This document shows, in pieces, positions 42,335-51,062 of a DNA stretch of 64,000 nucleotides. The notes beneath the pieces are model-generated. The model was not told the DNA's origin, searched no databases, and saw only the letters and a list, made by a program, of their open reading frames with translations. The stretch lies in assembly GCA_965238275.1 (NCBI GenBank), contig OZ250186.1, positions 1,344,001-1,408,000 of the forward strand, in the 5' to 3' direction. Every line of letters begins with the position of its first letter. Within the stretch, counting starts at the first letter, position 1. Source of the stretch: Nitrosopumilus sp. Lineage in GTDB: Archaea; Thermoproteota; Nitrososphaeria; Nitrososphaerales; Nitrosopumilaceae. The position numbers were made by a program, and so were the translations under genes.

Positions 42335-42586
42335 ATTCTGAACCGGTCGTTTTCAGGAATACGGTTCTGGTCAGTTTTAGCGATTAGTTTACCAAAATTT
42401 TACAGCAAGGCTCGACGTGCAGTAAACTCGCCTTGGATCACGGGTTTTGCAATTAATTACAAGAGACTCATTTTGGAATACTTTTGGCAAAGTACCGTCA
42501 TATGGCAAAATCGAATTCGTAGAAGATCCCAAAGTTCATTTTTGAACAATGAACGGCAGAGATCACTCGAATTTACGAGCCATCTG

Positions 42587-42799
42587 CTACTTGAGAAAGT
42601 CTTCGCGTGTCAATCCCGACTGCGTGATTATGGATATCAGAGTTCCTTTCTTCATCTCCTTCCTTTGCGGGATTGTGACCTTATGTTTCCCATCTGTCAT
42701 GTACATGTGGCTTCCGGTTTGTCCGGTCTGCCAGAACCCATGCTTGCGCAGTATGCTCAGAATGTCTCTTGATGACAGAACGGGTAATTTTCTAGACAC
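42587..42799 (-). CDS. hicA: HicA-family toxin
   Basis: GF...Q.GSH......VTIP....GTL.SI..Q.G pattern. Confidence 0.9.
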   Translation of the reverse strand: MSRKLPVLSSRDILSILRKHGFWQTGQTGSHMYMTDGKHKVTIPQRKEMKKGTLISIITQSGLTREDFLK

Positions 42800-43016
42800 T
42801 GATCTCGATCACTTTGCTTTTTTTGGTGTTTTGTAGCATCTCCTTTTCTTCTGGAAACGATTCAAAATAACCATTCACGGCATCAGTCATCATCTCTGCA
42901 AGTTCTGATTCTGTCTCAGCTTGAGTTATGATTCCCGGAAATTCTATGCATTGCGCGCTAAATCCGCCTTCGTCTTCACTGCGTACCGTAAAAGAGAGCC
43001 TGCTTTTCTGTTTCAT
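42792..43016 (-). CDS. hicB: HicB-family antitoxin (short form, no DNA-binding domain)
   Basis: EDEGGFSAQCIEFPGIITQAET..E motif; overlaps the hicA start. Confidence 0.88.
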   Translation of the reverse strand: MKQKSRLSFTVRSEDEGGFSAQCIEFPGIITQAETESELAEMMTDAVNGYFESFPEEKEMLQNTKKSKVIEISV

Positions 43017-43323
43017 GAATATGTTGGTCGGACGTAGTATAAAATCAATTGTTTCCGTAACTGTTCGGTTTCCCGAAGTCACCTCATGATCTAGGCACGA
43101 ATCTATCATGGAACGACCGTTTTTATCGGCAAAACGTGATTTTTTCGTGCCTGTGGTTGGTTTTACTTCGGGAAACCGATCAGTTACTTGTTTCCCGCAG
43201 TTCTTCTGCAAACGCGGGCGCTGATTCAAGATGCTGCACGGAAGCGCACAGCTTGGAGATACTATAGGAACAACGGGCATGCCTGTTTCATTCTTATTGG
43301 GAAATAATCAATGCCGTGGCAGA

Positions 43324-43941
43324 TTGCGTTTTGACATATGGGCAGTCATCCGGGTTATGACGTCGCCTAACGCCACGTTTGCGCGCCTCTGCAACGACCC
43401 GGACGCATACCTGGGACAGTCAATAGTGGTATTTCTCGTCGCCTCAATTCTTGGGGCCGTCATTGCGGTGCCATACGAGATCATATACGAGAATACAGGC
43501 GAATTGGGCTGGACCCCGTTCCTTGCCAACATGGCGTCCGTACTGGCAAGCGGGGTAGTCTCCACGCTGGTCGTGCACCTTGCAGGACGCAGGCTTGGCG
43601 GCAGTCAGAACTGGAAGCAGACGTTCGTGACGCTGTTCCATGTGCACGTGCTGCTCGTAGTGGCAGCCGTGGCAGTCGGGGCGATATGGGTTGCAGTGCC
43701 ACCGTCGGACCTGCAACATTCGGTACTCACCCTCCAACAGGACATTGGGCTGGCTCTTGCGTACTATGCTGTGGTGGTCGCAGTCTCGGCATGGATCATA
43801 GTCCTGTCCGTGAAGGCGATAAAGGTCGTGCACGCGTTTGGGACCGCCAAGGCGTTCGGACTGCTGGTCCTGTCCGTGGTTGCCGCCTACGCTGTCATCT
43901 TGCCTTTTGATCTCAGCGTATTGCTTGATGCGGGTCCATGA
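43324..43941 (+). CDS. YIP1-like multi-pass membrane protein
   Basis: About 5 TM helices; SP..TF and LGG motifs; start uncertain. Confidence 0.75.
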   Translation: MRFDIWAVIRVMTSPNATFARLCNDPDAYLGQSIVVFLVASILGAVIAVPYEIIYENTGELGWTPFLANMASVLASGVVSTLVVHLAGRRLGGSQNWKQTFVTLFHVHVLLVVAAVAVGAIWVAVPPSDLQHSVLTLQQDIGLALAYYAVVVAVSAWIIVLSVKAIKVVHAFGTAKAFGLLVLSVVAAYAVILPFDLSVLLDAGP

Positions 43942-44047
43942 TGGGGCTGCTGTGGCAGCAGCAGTGATGCCGGTCGTGCCACGGCGCGCATCAGTGCTGA
44001 TTTTACCGGATCTAAAGGTAAAAAAATACCCCCCGCGCAGTCTAACC

Positions 44048-44142
44048 GGACCGGTCGTCTAGCCTGGTTTGGATGACGCATTCACACTGCGTAAGGAGTA
44101 TCACTCCCGCAAGGGTCGTGGGTTCGAATCCCATCCGGTCCA
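44048..44142 (+). tRNA. tRNA-Val(CAC) with a 20-nt BHB intron at position 44/45 (44094-44113)
   Basis: Acceptor GGACCGG/CCGGTCC-A; anticodon arm ACGCA-TTCACAC-TGCGT; T-arm GTGGG-TTCGAAT-CCCAT; BHB central helix TGCG/CGCA with bulges TAA and AGG. Confidence 0.95.
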
Positions 44143-44186
44143 TATCTCTCAATTCCTTTTGATGGGTTCTGCGTGTACAGACAAGT

Positions 44187-44990
44187 ATGAAGGTGACCAA
44201 GAATGAGATTGAAGGACGCAACATCCCGCCGCCGCCGCCGCCGCCGCCGCTGGACCTCTTCACGCAGGGAATACAGTCCAAGGAGCCGCTGGAAAAGTAC
44301 ACCCGGACGCTGCGCCAAGTCCCGTGCAGCTTCCTTGAGGAGATGCTGGAAGACGAGTTCGAAGAACGCGTAGCTGGTCACGCACACCAAGAAGGATCCG
44401 GAATGGACGCGCGACCTGATACTCAACGTGTCCCGGAAATTGCAGGAGGACAACGCTGCTTCCCAGGGGTGATTCCGACTACCTGAACCCGGCATCGTTT
44501 GGCAACTACTTCAAGACGATCAAGAACCCCTTTGACATGAACTACGTGGCGATCCTGTGGAAGAGACTCTACGCGACGTACCCGGAATCAGACAACATGT
44601 CCGATTTGGTGGACTGAACCCGGGAGGACGTAATGATGATGCTCAAGTACGCGCGCGCCCCGGTGGAAAAAGCGCTGGTGCTGGTGCTGGCAAGCTCGGG
44701 CGTGTGGTGCGGCGCACTGGACATGAACTGGAAAGATCTGGTGCCGCTGTACCGGGTAGGAGAAGACCTCTTGCTGGATCCAGAGGCCGAAAGCTGCCTG
44801 GTAGCGTGCGCTGCACTGTACGTGTACTGCGGTTCGGCCTACCTGTAATGACATTCATAACGCCGGAGGCGTACGACGCGCTGCAACTGTACGACCACGC
44901 GTGGGCCGAGCGCATGGGGCGCCCGTTACCGCCTGCTGCCTATTTTGGACCCGGTGCCGCCTTGAGGCGATGGTTCTGCCTGAAAGATGG
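44187..44990 (+). pseudogene. Tyrosine recombinase/integrase relic next to the tRNA
   Basis: Frame-broken fragments: EKYTRTLR, ALVLVLASSGVW (catalytic R of SG.R replaced), TFITPEAYDAL; C-terminus missing. Confidence 0.7.
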
Positions 44991-45024
44991 ACAATCTTAA
45001 AAACAACGAGAGGCATTGTAATGC

Positions 45025-45168
45025 ATGTCAGAAACAAAACAGGCTGCGACAGACAGCCTGTGGCCAAACGAAGAGTATGCAATAGAACAATACGAATCTG
45101 GAAAGGACAAACCAAAATCATTTGAAACACCCGAAGCGCTAATAGAAGATCTTCGCAGGTCTGAATGA
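45025..45168 (+). CDS. Putative antitoxin (47 aa, acidic)
   Basis: MSETKQAATDSLWPNEEYAIEQYESGKDKPKSFETPEALIEDLRRSE; ATGA overlap with the toxin. Confidence 0.7.
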   Translation: MSETKQAATDSLWPNEEYAIEQYESGKDKPKSFETPEALIEDLRRSE

Positions 45169-45440
45169 TTTTGTGGCGGATAGAGAGAACAAATCTGTTT
45201 GTCAGCAGCTACAAAAAACTTTCATCACAACTGCAAAATCGCGTGGATGATGCCATATTACACCTTGCAAAATCTGAAAACCCTGAAGATGCAGGCATTC
45301 CAAAAAAAGGCAAGTTCAAAGGATACCTTGCATATGAGCTTGGACGCCCGTATCGGCTAATCTACAAGGTCATCAGCCAACAAAAGATCATTCTGCTGGT
45401 GGTCGTGGGAGATCACAAGTCAGTATATGGCAGAGACTAA
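45165..45440 (+). CDS. RelE/ParE-family toxin
   Basis: Basic 91-aa protein with F...YKKL, KG, YRLIY and VGDHKSVY motifs. Confidence 0.85.
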   Translation: MILWRIERTNLFVSSYKKLSSQLQNRVDDAILHLAKSENPEDAGIPKKGKFKGYLAYELGRPYRLIYKVISQQKIILLVVVGDHKSVYGRD

Positions 45441-45999
45441 CTCTACAAATTCAGTACAAAAAAGACTGCCATCATGTAGCGGCGGTTGTGGTAAAAAGGG
45501 ACAAACGACGCGTTCTGCCGTGGCGCGGCAGTTGACAGCCGTAAGCCATGTTGACTTGCATTCCCGGTACGTATGCCTCAAATTCCATGTCCTGTATGTG
45601 AATAATTTTCATGGTAGTGGGACAACCGTCGTAAGTACTGTCTCCATCACATCACAAAATCGCTTGGTTTGTTATCTGGCAGGTGATCCAAACTGGTGAC
45701 GGGTTGCTGCTGGAATGACACTGGATGATTTTACAGGCACCGCGGAACCTGAAAATACCTTGTTATCGAGTGGAACCCCATCCGACTCATCTCTCTTTTG
45801 GATTCAAGTCTTTACCATGTGTATAATAATTGAATTAAAAATTCGGAAAACCAACCCAAGAAATTTAGATCTATAACCACTCAAGGTATTCTCGTAAACA
45901 CGGCAGTATGGGGATTGGCGCATGCTTCCTGCCGGGCAGACGTCCTGATTACATCACACACAGTCAAACAATTCAATATCGATACGAATCCTGGATGTC

Positions 46000-47586
46000 A
46001 TGTGGTGCTCAATCCTGTGTGCATTTCCATCCACTGGGCAAACAAAAAATGATTATAGTGCTGCTGGCAACAAGGAATCAGATTTGTCCTCTAGCACATT
46101 ACCAAACCCAAAACTGTTCTTTGACAAGGGCACCATTCGTATTGAGAACAGCAGGCTGGTCAGAATCCCCGGCACAAAATACGACGAACGAACCAAATCC
46201 CTGAGATCCCATGGCCTGAGCTATTCAGAAATCGTCGAGTACTTGGAAAAGAGCGATCTGAATTTTGTAGATAACGTGCCTGATTTCATCCCGTCACCCG
46301 TGTTTCAAATCAGGGGTCTGGAGCTGCGGGACTACCAGCAACAGGCCATGCAAAACTGGGAGAAGGCGTTCATGAAGGGATGCGTCATTCTGCCCACGGG
46401 TGCGGGAAAGACCGCCTTGGGAATTAAGGCAATCCAGAGGGTAAACGCGTCTGCTCTGGTGGTGGTTCCGACGATTGACTTGATGGAGCAGTGGGCAGAG
46501 AACATCTCCAGGCACCTCATGGCTGACGATGATGACGACCACAATCCGCAAAGGATTTCCGTAGGCAGGCTGGGCGGCGGGGAAGACGACCTTCAGGCAA
46601 TTACCATAGCAACATACGACTCTGCATACATCCGGGCATCGGCAATCGGAAACCAATTCAAGCTGGTAATATTTGACGAGGTGCACCATCTTCCCGCCCC
46701 GGGATACCGTTCCATCGCAGAGCAGCTCATCGCGCCATGCCGGCTGGGTCTGACTGCTACAATAGAAAGGGAGGACGGGCTGCATGAGCTGATCCCGCAC
46801 CTCACGGGAGGCGTCGTGTTCCGCCTTGGATCCCAGGAGCTCTCAAGACAAAAGCATCTGGCAGGGTACACAATAGACCGAATCCAAGTTAGCCTGACAC
46901 CGGACGAGCAAAAAGAGTACGAGGCCAGCCACGGCAGGTTCCTGGCAAACCTCAGACGGCTGGGATTCAAGACCCCCACAATGTACAATCTCAAGCGGCT
47001 AATCATGATGTCAAACAGAAACAGGATCGCAAGGGAGGCGATGCTTGCAAGAAACAAGGCAAACGAGATTGCACTAAACAGCCAGGCAAAGATAGACGAA
47101 CTGCAAAGGATACTGCAGCAGTACGGTGGCGCAAAGACGATAATCTTCACGCAAAACAACAAGATGGTCTACCATCTGTCAGACAGGTTCCTAATACCAC
47201 ACATCACACACAAGACGGCAAGGGACGAAAGGCGGGATGTACTGGAGAGATTCAAATCCGGCAGGTATACTGCAGTGGTTACATCAAGGGTTTTAGACGA
47301 GGGGGTGGACGTTCCTGATGCGGAACTGGGCATAATCATGAGCGGCACAGGCAGCGGCAGGGAACTGATACAGAGACTGGGCCGGATTCTGAGGCCGAAA
47401 CGGGATGGCAGACAGGCAAGGCTGATCGAACTGGTATCAAGACATACGCGGGAGACAAGTACCAGCGCAAAAAGGATAGCCGCGCTGAAAAAGAATTCGG
47501 CGTCCCGGGACGACTATGATTCGGCGACACAGGGGAACCAGCATGACGCCCAACAAAACAGCAAGAACAACGGAGGCCATGCCTGA
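46000..47586 (+). CDS. xpb: XPB/Rad25-like SF2 helicase
   Basis: LRDYQ, LPTGAGKT, DEVH, LGLTAT and QRLGRILR motifs; start uncertain. Confidence 0.9.
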   Translation: MWCSILCAFPSTGQTKNDYSAAGNKESDLSSSTLPNPKLFFDKGTIRIENSRLVRIPGTKYDERTKSLRSHGLSYSEIVEYLEKSDLNFVDNVPDFIPSPVFQIRGLELRDYQQQAMQNWEKAFMKGCVILPTGAGKTALGIKAIQRVNASALVVVPTIDLMEQWAENISRHLMADDDDDHNPQRISVGRLGGGEDDLQAITIATYDSAYIRASAIGNQFKLVIFDEVHHLPAPGYRSIAEQLIAPCRLGLTATIEREDGLHELIPHLTGGVVFRLGSQELSRQKHLAGYTIDRIQVSLTPDEQKEYEASHGRFLANLRRLGFKTPTMYNLKRLIMMSNRNRIAREAMLARNKANEIALNSQAKIDELQRILQQYGGAKTIIFTQNNKMVYHLSDRFLIPHITHKTARDERRDVLERFKSGRYTAVVTSRVLDEGVDVPDAELGIIMSGTGSGRELIQRLGRILRPKRDGRQARLIELVSRHTRETSTSAKRIAALKKNSASRDDYDSATQGNQHDAQQNSKNNGGHA

Positions 47587-49286
47587 TGCTCCCGTCTGAA
47601 CTTTTGCGCACCAGGATAAATCGGGGCAAGATAACTCCGCTGTTTTGCACTGCAACATCTGGCAGCGGCACCGATTACGATCTTGCCAGCAGGCTTGTCG
47701 AATTTTTCACAGATGCCCAAAAGGACAGACAGCGCAAAGGCGACCTGCTGCAAAAGATAGGATCGCTTGAATCCGAACACGACTACAAGCTGGTAAGGGG
47801 GCTGTCTGCGCTGTTGGAGCGGCGCTGCATTTTTGGGAGATCAAACACGTCATCATCATCATCATCGGTATCGGTTGCAACGCCCATGCTCATAAGGCAG
47901 AAACTGTTTGAGGAATCTGCAAGGCGGGGTCTGGCCCTGTCCGGCCTGCAAAGACAGGACATCATACGGCAGACTGCAACACGGATGCATATCTCATCAG
48001 ACGACGTTGAGGCCATAATGTGGAGCGACAAGGACGAGAACCTGATACTGACCCGGTTTGATCCCATCAGCACAAAAGACCTGATCTTGTGGTACAACCT
48101 GTCCCTGTTTCAGACGCTTCTCTTCAGGTGTGCCAGACTGGAATTTTACGTAAAGGGCGGGGTGCACTGGAAGCAGGTTCTGCGCAACGTCAAAAGATAC
48201 GGGCTGATGTACCACCTGGAGTACCATTCAGGCAACGACCCCGATGGGGATGACTCTGTCAAGTGCGTCCTGGAAGGACCGCTCAGCCTCTTCAGGATGA
48301 CTGACAGGTATGGCACGTCCATGGCCAAGCTGCTGCCATCAATTGTACGCACGCCGGCCTGGAAGATCACAGGCTCCATAGTCAAAAGAACAGACGACGG
48401 ACAAAAGATCTACTCGTTTGAGTTGTCAAATCAGGACACCGGCGAATTTCTCCGCCCAACAATAGATTCCACACGTCCGGACAGCGGTAATGCCGGAAAC
48501 GGTGACGGCGGTGACGGTGCCTATGACAGCTCTGCAGAGGCGGCATTTGCAAAAAAGTTCTACCAGCACTTTGATCAAAGCGACAAGTTCGGATGGAGGA
48601 TCTCCAGAGAGCCTGACCCGCTAGTCGCAGGCGGCAAGGCCATGATCCCGGACTTTCTCTTTGAGAGGTTTGGAAGAAAGGTGTACTTTGAGATCGTGGG
48701 GTTTTGGACAAGGGAGTACCTTGAGAGAAAGGCAGAAAAACTTCAGGCGCTGCTTGACGGTAGCGGCGACAAAAACGACAGGGGGGTTGACCTGCTGGTG
48801 GCGATAAATTCCGAACTTGCATGCTCTAGAATAGAGACGATCTCCAAGGAGAGGATTTTCACCTTTCAAAAGGACGTCTCAATCAAGCCCGTCTTGGAGC
48901 ACCTAAAAAAGATTGATGCCGAAATCGTAGAGGAAAAAATACACACCAGAATAAGACTTGACGGGAACCGCCCGGATTTAATCTCCATAAAACAGGTTGC
49001 CCTCGAAAACTCCCTTCCGGAGGCTGCAGCATTGAAGATTCTTCTTGCCGATTATCCCGGGGATTATGTCGCAGTCGGCCCGTACCTGATCTCAAAGGAG
49101 AAGATCAAGGCCGCAGACGACAGCCTTGGCGGGGTTTCCAGGTTCGTCGATGCCTGTCAGATACTGGCATCGCAGAAGATTCCGGATTCCTGCCATGCCA
49201 GCCTGCTATCCAAGATGGGTTATGACGTGGTCTGGGAGGATCTGGATCCGGACAATGCCAGGATATCAAAAGGCAGGATGAGCTAA
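47586..49286 (+). CDS. bax1: Bax1/DUF790 endonuclease
   Basis: MLPSELL, YNLSLFQTLLF, PDF..EIVGFWT.EYL motifs; coupled to xpb. Confidence 0.9.
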   Translation: MLPSELLRTRINRGKITPLFCTATSGSGTDYDLASRLVEFFTDAQKDRQRKGDLLQKIGSLESEHDYKLVRGLSALLERRCIFGRSNTSSSSSSVSVATPMLIRQKLFEESARRGLALSGLQRQDIIRQTATRMHISSDDVEAIMWSDKDENLILTRFDPISTKDLILWYNLSLFQTLLFRCARLEFYVKGGVHWKQVLRNVKRYGLMYHLEYHSGNDPDGDDSVKCVLEGPLSLFRMTDRYGTSMAKLLPSIVRTPAWKITGSIVKRTDDGQKIYSFELSNQDTGEFLRPTIDSTRPDSGNAGNGDGGDGAYDSSAEAAFAKKFYQHFDQSDKFGWRISREPDPLVAGGKAMIPDFLFERFGRKVYFEIVGFWTREYLERKAEKLQALLDGSGDKNDRGVDLLVAINSELACSRIETISKERIFTFQKDVSIKPVLEHLKKIDAEIVEEKIHTRIRLDGNRPDLISIKQVALENSLPEAAALKILLADYPGDYVAVGPYLISKEKIKAADDSLGGVSRFVDACQILASQKIPDSCHASLLSKMGYDVVWEDLDPDNARISKGRMS

Positions 49287-49556
49287 TTATCCCAACAAAT
49301 GGATGGCTGTCCAAAAAACTGAATTTTGCAGCATCCAGGCAACCCCGAACCTTGCAGGCCGTCCCGGCTGCGCTGCCCTCATCTCCGCCTTAACTCACCT
49401 GTCGTGAGAGGCACGCTGACGGCAAGATTGACAATGCTGCATTAAGCCGCATGCCCACGCAATGCCCCGAACGTGGAACTACGGCAGAATGGCGTGAGGT
49501 TTTGGTAAAAAACGGACTTCATCAAACGTTATAGCCTCATGCACTGTTATTTAGTA

Positions 49557-50993
49557 ATGGCATCAAAAGCGTTCAAGACCGTCCTGTTTGGCTCCTTGGT
49601 TGCCGCAACGATTCTGCTGTTTGGTGATGTGGCTTTTGCGCAATCTGACGTAAAGCCGCCCCTCCAACAGGCGCGCGACGGCGTGCCGTTAAACGAGATC
49701 GCATACTCAGATAATCGCGTGTTGATTGCAACGCCGTCCGGGTCGCCTGCGTGCGTCTTTGCCTCGTCGGTGGGGGCCTTGGAGGCTCGGGGATTCATAC
49801 CACTTGGTGCGGCACCCGCAGAACGGCCCGAAGACCTCACGCCCGAGACACAGGCTGACAGGGATGCTGCCTCTTCAATCGCAGTTGCGATACTTGCCGG
49901 GGATGAGTCGTCGGCAATACCAGGCAAGGTATCTTCTGCCAACAACGCATTTGCAATCGACATGTACAGGCAGCTAGCCGATGGCAGCAACACGTTCTTC
50001 TCGCCTCTCAGCATATACATGGCAGTGTCCATGCTGTACGAGGCGGCCAGCCCTTCGGCGGCAGAACAGCTGCACGGCGCGTTCGGCTTTGATCCCGACT
50101 TGCAGGCGCGCTACGAGGATGCCGCCCGCACTATATCCTCGCTGAACCGCGAGGATCCGCACGCGGAGCTGTCCATGGCAAATGCGCTGTGGCTGGCCAC
50201 CGGCGACCCCAGCTACGAGTACGTTGAGACAATCCGCGACATCTACCGTGCAGACGTGTCGCCAGTGAATAATGTCGAACAGATAAACGAGTGGGCCTCT
50301 GAGAACACGAACGGAAAAATAGAGAAGGTCTTGGACGATCTGGGACCCGATCTCATAATGATCCTCACAAACGCGATATACTTCAAGGGAACGTGGGTGG
50401 TGCAGTTCGACCCAGATGACACCCGACTTGGTGACTTTTACACGGGCAGCGGAACCGTAACGGCAGACATGATGTCAGTGTACGGGGGGTTCGAGTATGC
50501 AAATACCGGCAGCGAGCAGGTGCTTCGCATGCCGTACGAGGGCGACCGGCTGTCGATGCTGGTGGCGCTGCCGCGCGAGCGCGACGGAATCGGTGCCTTG
50601 GAGGAGCGCCTGTCGGCCAACCTGTTAGAGGAATGGGGAGACGCGTTACACCCTACAAACGTAGAGGTCGAGTTTCCAAAGTTCGAGACACGCACACACT
50701 ATTCCCTCAACGAACCCATGAAGAACCTTGGAACCACGGAGATCTTTGATGTCGGCTCGCTGCCAGATATTTCCTTCAAAGCATTTGTAAGCTCCGTGCT
50801 GCACGACGGATACCTGAAAGTCAACGAAGAGGGCACCGAAGCTGCGGCAGTCCCCACGGTAGTCGTAGCTACAGAATCCGTACCGCCCCCACCCCCATCG
50901 TTCGTGGCAGACCACCCGTTCCTGTTCTTCATACAGGACAACGAAAGCGGCGCGATACTCTTCATGGGAAAGATCGTAAATCCTACAAAATAG
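49557..50993 (+). CDS. Secreted serpin with an N-terminal module
   Basis: NNAFAID, FSPLSI, NAIYFKGTW, EEGTEAAA and ADHPFLF..ILFMG motifs. Confidence 0.94.
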   Translation: MASKAFKTVLFGSLVAATILLFGDVAFAQSDVKPPLQQARDGVPLNEIAYSDNRVLIATPSGSPACVFASSVGALEARGFIPLGAAPAERPEDLTPETQADRDAASSIAVAILAGDESSAIPGKVSSANNAFAIDMYRQLADGSNTFFSPLSIYMAVSMLYEAASPSAAEQLHGAFGFDPDLQARYEDAARTISSLNREDPHAELSMANALWLATGDPSYEYVETIRDIYRADVSPVNNVEQINEWASENTNGKIEKVLDDLGPDLIMILTNAIYFKGTWVVQFDPDDTRLGDFYTGSGTVTADMMSVYGGFEYANTGSEQVLRMPYEGDRLSMLVALPRERDGIGALEERLSANLLEEWGDALHPTNVEVEFPKFETRTHYSLNEPMKNLGTTEIFDVGSLPDISFKAFVSSVLHDGYLKVNEEGTEAAAVPTVVVATESVPPPPPSFVADHPFLFFIQDNESGAILFMGKIVNPTK

Positions 50994-51062
50994 GCGGTGG
51001 CATCGGAACAAGCAGCATGCGTTATGTCTGAAACTTAAGTACCGTCTCATTCAAGCAACCTA

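Noticed and set aside
42333-42340. Another AGATTCTG octamer after the rpl40e stop
   Set aside because: A single 8-mer is expected by chance in 64 kb; no IS ends adjacent
45450-45900. Short ORFs downstream of the RelE toxin
   Set aside because: No coding signature or motif I can support
46000-49286. xpb-bax1 as a novel defence pair
   Set aside because: A well-described archaeal helicase-nuclease pair
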